This document shows, one piece after another, positions 62,270 to 64,000 of a DNA stretch of 64,000 nucleotides. Source of the DNA: Heterodontus francisci (taxonomy: Eukaryota). The stretch lies in the NCBI RefSeq assembly GCF_036365525.1, contig NW_027141721.1, positions 434,001 to 498,000 on the forward strand. Reading direction: 5' to 3'. A model generated the notes under the pieces. The model was given only the letters and a program-made list of their open reading frames with translations. It searched no databases and was not told the origin of the DNA. The translations under genes and the position numbers were made by a program. The first letter of the stretch is position 1. The number at the start of each line of letters is the position of its first letter.

Positions 62270-62615
62270 GAGTGAGAGAGTGGGATGGAGAGAGAGGGAG
62301 AGAGCATGATGGAGAGAGAGGCAGAGATGGATGGCGAGAGAGGGAGAGAGAGGAATGGAGATAGGAAGAGAGAGGGATGGAGAGGAGCAGAGAGAGGGAT
62401 GGAGAGTGTAGGAGAGAGAGGGATGGAGAGAGATGGAGAGAGAGTGATGGAGAGAGGGTGAGAGAAGGATGGGGAGAGAGAGGGAGAGAGAGGGATGGAG
62501 ACAGGAAGAGAGAGGATGGAGAGTGGGAGCGAGAGGGTTGGAGAGAGAGGGAGAGAGAGGGATGGAGAAAGACAGGGATGGAGAGAGGGAGAGAGAGGGT
62601 TGGAGAGAGAGAGCG
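62270..62615. repeat. GA/GGGATGGA purine-rich low-complexity tract
   Basis: Seen directly; paralogous tracts near 3730, 14385, 20345 and 50775. Confidence 0.85.
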
Positions 62616-62650
62616 ATGGGAAGTTATCGATCAGTCATGATCTCAGTGAA

Positions 62651-62764
62651 ATAAAGGATTACTGACCCGAAAGAAGGGTCACTGACCCGAAGCGTTAACT
62701 CTGCTTCTCTTTCCACAGATGCTGCCAGACCCGCTGAGTGGTTCCAGGATTTCTTGTCTTTATT
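62651..62764 (+). mobile_element. Short Penelope-like pLTR insertion with 16-bp TSD
   Basis: TSD tcatgatctcagtgaa at 62635-62650 and 62765-62780; absent from paralogous flanks (for example near 14530). Confidence 0.75.
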
Positions 62765-63800
62765 TCATGATCTCAGTGAAGGTCGGAATGTTTTCGAGGT
62801 GATGAATGAACTCCTTGTGTTCCCAGGTCACTGTTAAAGTGTGTTCCAGACTCTGATGTTTATCATGGTCCAACAGCGCACTCTACTGTCCCTTTGGAGA
62901 AAGAAAACGCAGTGACATAAAACCACACCTTCAATATCCATTCATCAATCCATCCATCTCTCTCTATCTTTCTCCCTCTCTCTATCTCTCTCTCTACTTC
63001 TCTTTATCTCTCTCTCACTGTCTCTGTCTCTCTCTCTCCCTCTCTCTATCCGTGTCTCTCTTTCTCCCTCTCTCTATCTATCTCTCTATCTATCAATCTC
63101 TCTATGTCTCTCTCTATCTATCTATCTATCCATCTCAATTTATTTCCCTATCTCTCTCTATCCGTCTCTCTTTCTCTCTCTTTATCTCTCTCTCTATCTA
63201 TCTNNNNNNNNNNNNNNNNNNNNNNNNNNNNNNNNNNNNNNNNNNNNNNNNNNNNNNNNNNNNNNNNNNNNNNNNNNNNNNNNNNNNNNNNNNNNNNNNN
63301 NNNNNNNNNNNNNNNNNNNNNNNNNNNNNNNNNNNNNNNNNNNNNNNNNNNNNNNNNNNNNNNNNNNNNNNNNNNNNNNNNNNNNNNNNNNNNNNNNNNN
63401 NNNNNNNNNNNNNNNNNNNNNNNNNNNNNNNNTCTCTGTCTCTCTCGCTGTTGTTTCTGATCTTCACTTCACATATTAAAATCTTTAACAATCTCTCTAA
63501 GACCGCTGAAGGTTTACCCTTCAGTCTTCCCTTTTCTGGAGCAAAGAGACCCCGATATTCAAACTATCATGTTCGCTTTAAACTCTGTGTTCCCGTAAAG
63601 TCCAGTTCGCAATTCCCCGGTGCTTCGAAATCTAACCTGTCACTTTCTCTTTAAATCCGCGCTGACTTCTTGTGAAGAACATGTACCCAATGATGAAATC
63701 ACCCTACAGGATGCAGCACCGCCTGGTTTTATCTGAAACAGGTGTTTCCTGCTGCCTTTGGGGTTTTTGTTGAACTGCTCCATCTCTCTGGGTCACTGTG

Positions 63801-64000
63801 ATGTCTCCAGGCACAGAAATACACGGCCGAGTGATTCTCCCACAGGCTGGAGGACTCCAGGTGGAACTCAGAGTTACTCGGTCTCTCGGCGGTGAAACCC
63901 TCCACCGTCCCCTCTGAGTTCACACTTTGTACACTTCGGGAGCAAAACATCAGCTGCGGCTCCTTCCCCGGGTATTGTCTGTACCAAAACATGTCAGGGT
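63801..64000 (-). CDS. TRBV: V22: family-A TCR V segment, 5' part beyond the window edge
   Basis: MFWYRQYPGKEPQL..YFCAWRH; CACAGTG 63794-63800, 23-bp spacer, ACAAAAACC 63762-63770. Confidence 0.88.

Noticed and set aside
1-64000. IgH, IgL, IgNAR or TCR alpha/delta identity; D, J, C or trypsinogen exons
   Set aside because: Shark Ig genes are organised as V-D-J-C clusters, whereas here there are only tandem V segments with 23-RSS and CAWS/CACS/CAAS ends typical of TRBV; I saw no 12-RSS, FGxG J motif, C1 domain or trypsin motif

Overview
Vertebrate genomic DNA, almost certainly from a cartilaginous fish (shark-type HE1 SINE, CR1, RTE and Penelope-like repeats). The window is part of the V-segment array of a T-cell receptor locus, most likely TCR beta. 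I can place 22 V segments (my numbering V1-V22) plus one orphan leader exon at the left edge; most have a phase-1 leader exon, an intron, a V exon and a 23-bp-spacer RSS. Thirteen are complete and look rearrangeable, V22 is cut by the window edge but intact as far as visible, two are intact ORFs with a damaged RSS, and six are pseudogenes or relics. Two expanded families dominate: family A (SQTIHQ...CAW[S/R], resembling human TRBV30) and family B (...LRCTL.N..Y...C[A/T]CS, resembling mouse TRBV1). Three V segments between 32.0 and 40.6 kb lie on the opposite strand. No D, J or C segments were seen. The main non-coding signal is a 45-bp unit carrying a CTCF-like motif about 35 bp past every family-B RSS. 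It is present in 1, 1, 1, 3, 4 and about 42 tandem copies and is a candidate copy-number-variable chromatin anchor for V usage. All homology and motif calls were made by eye from remembered consensus sequences; none was run against a database.
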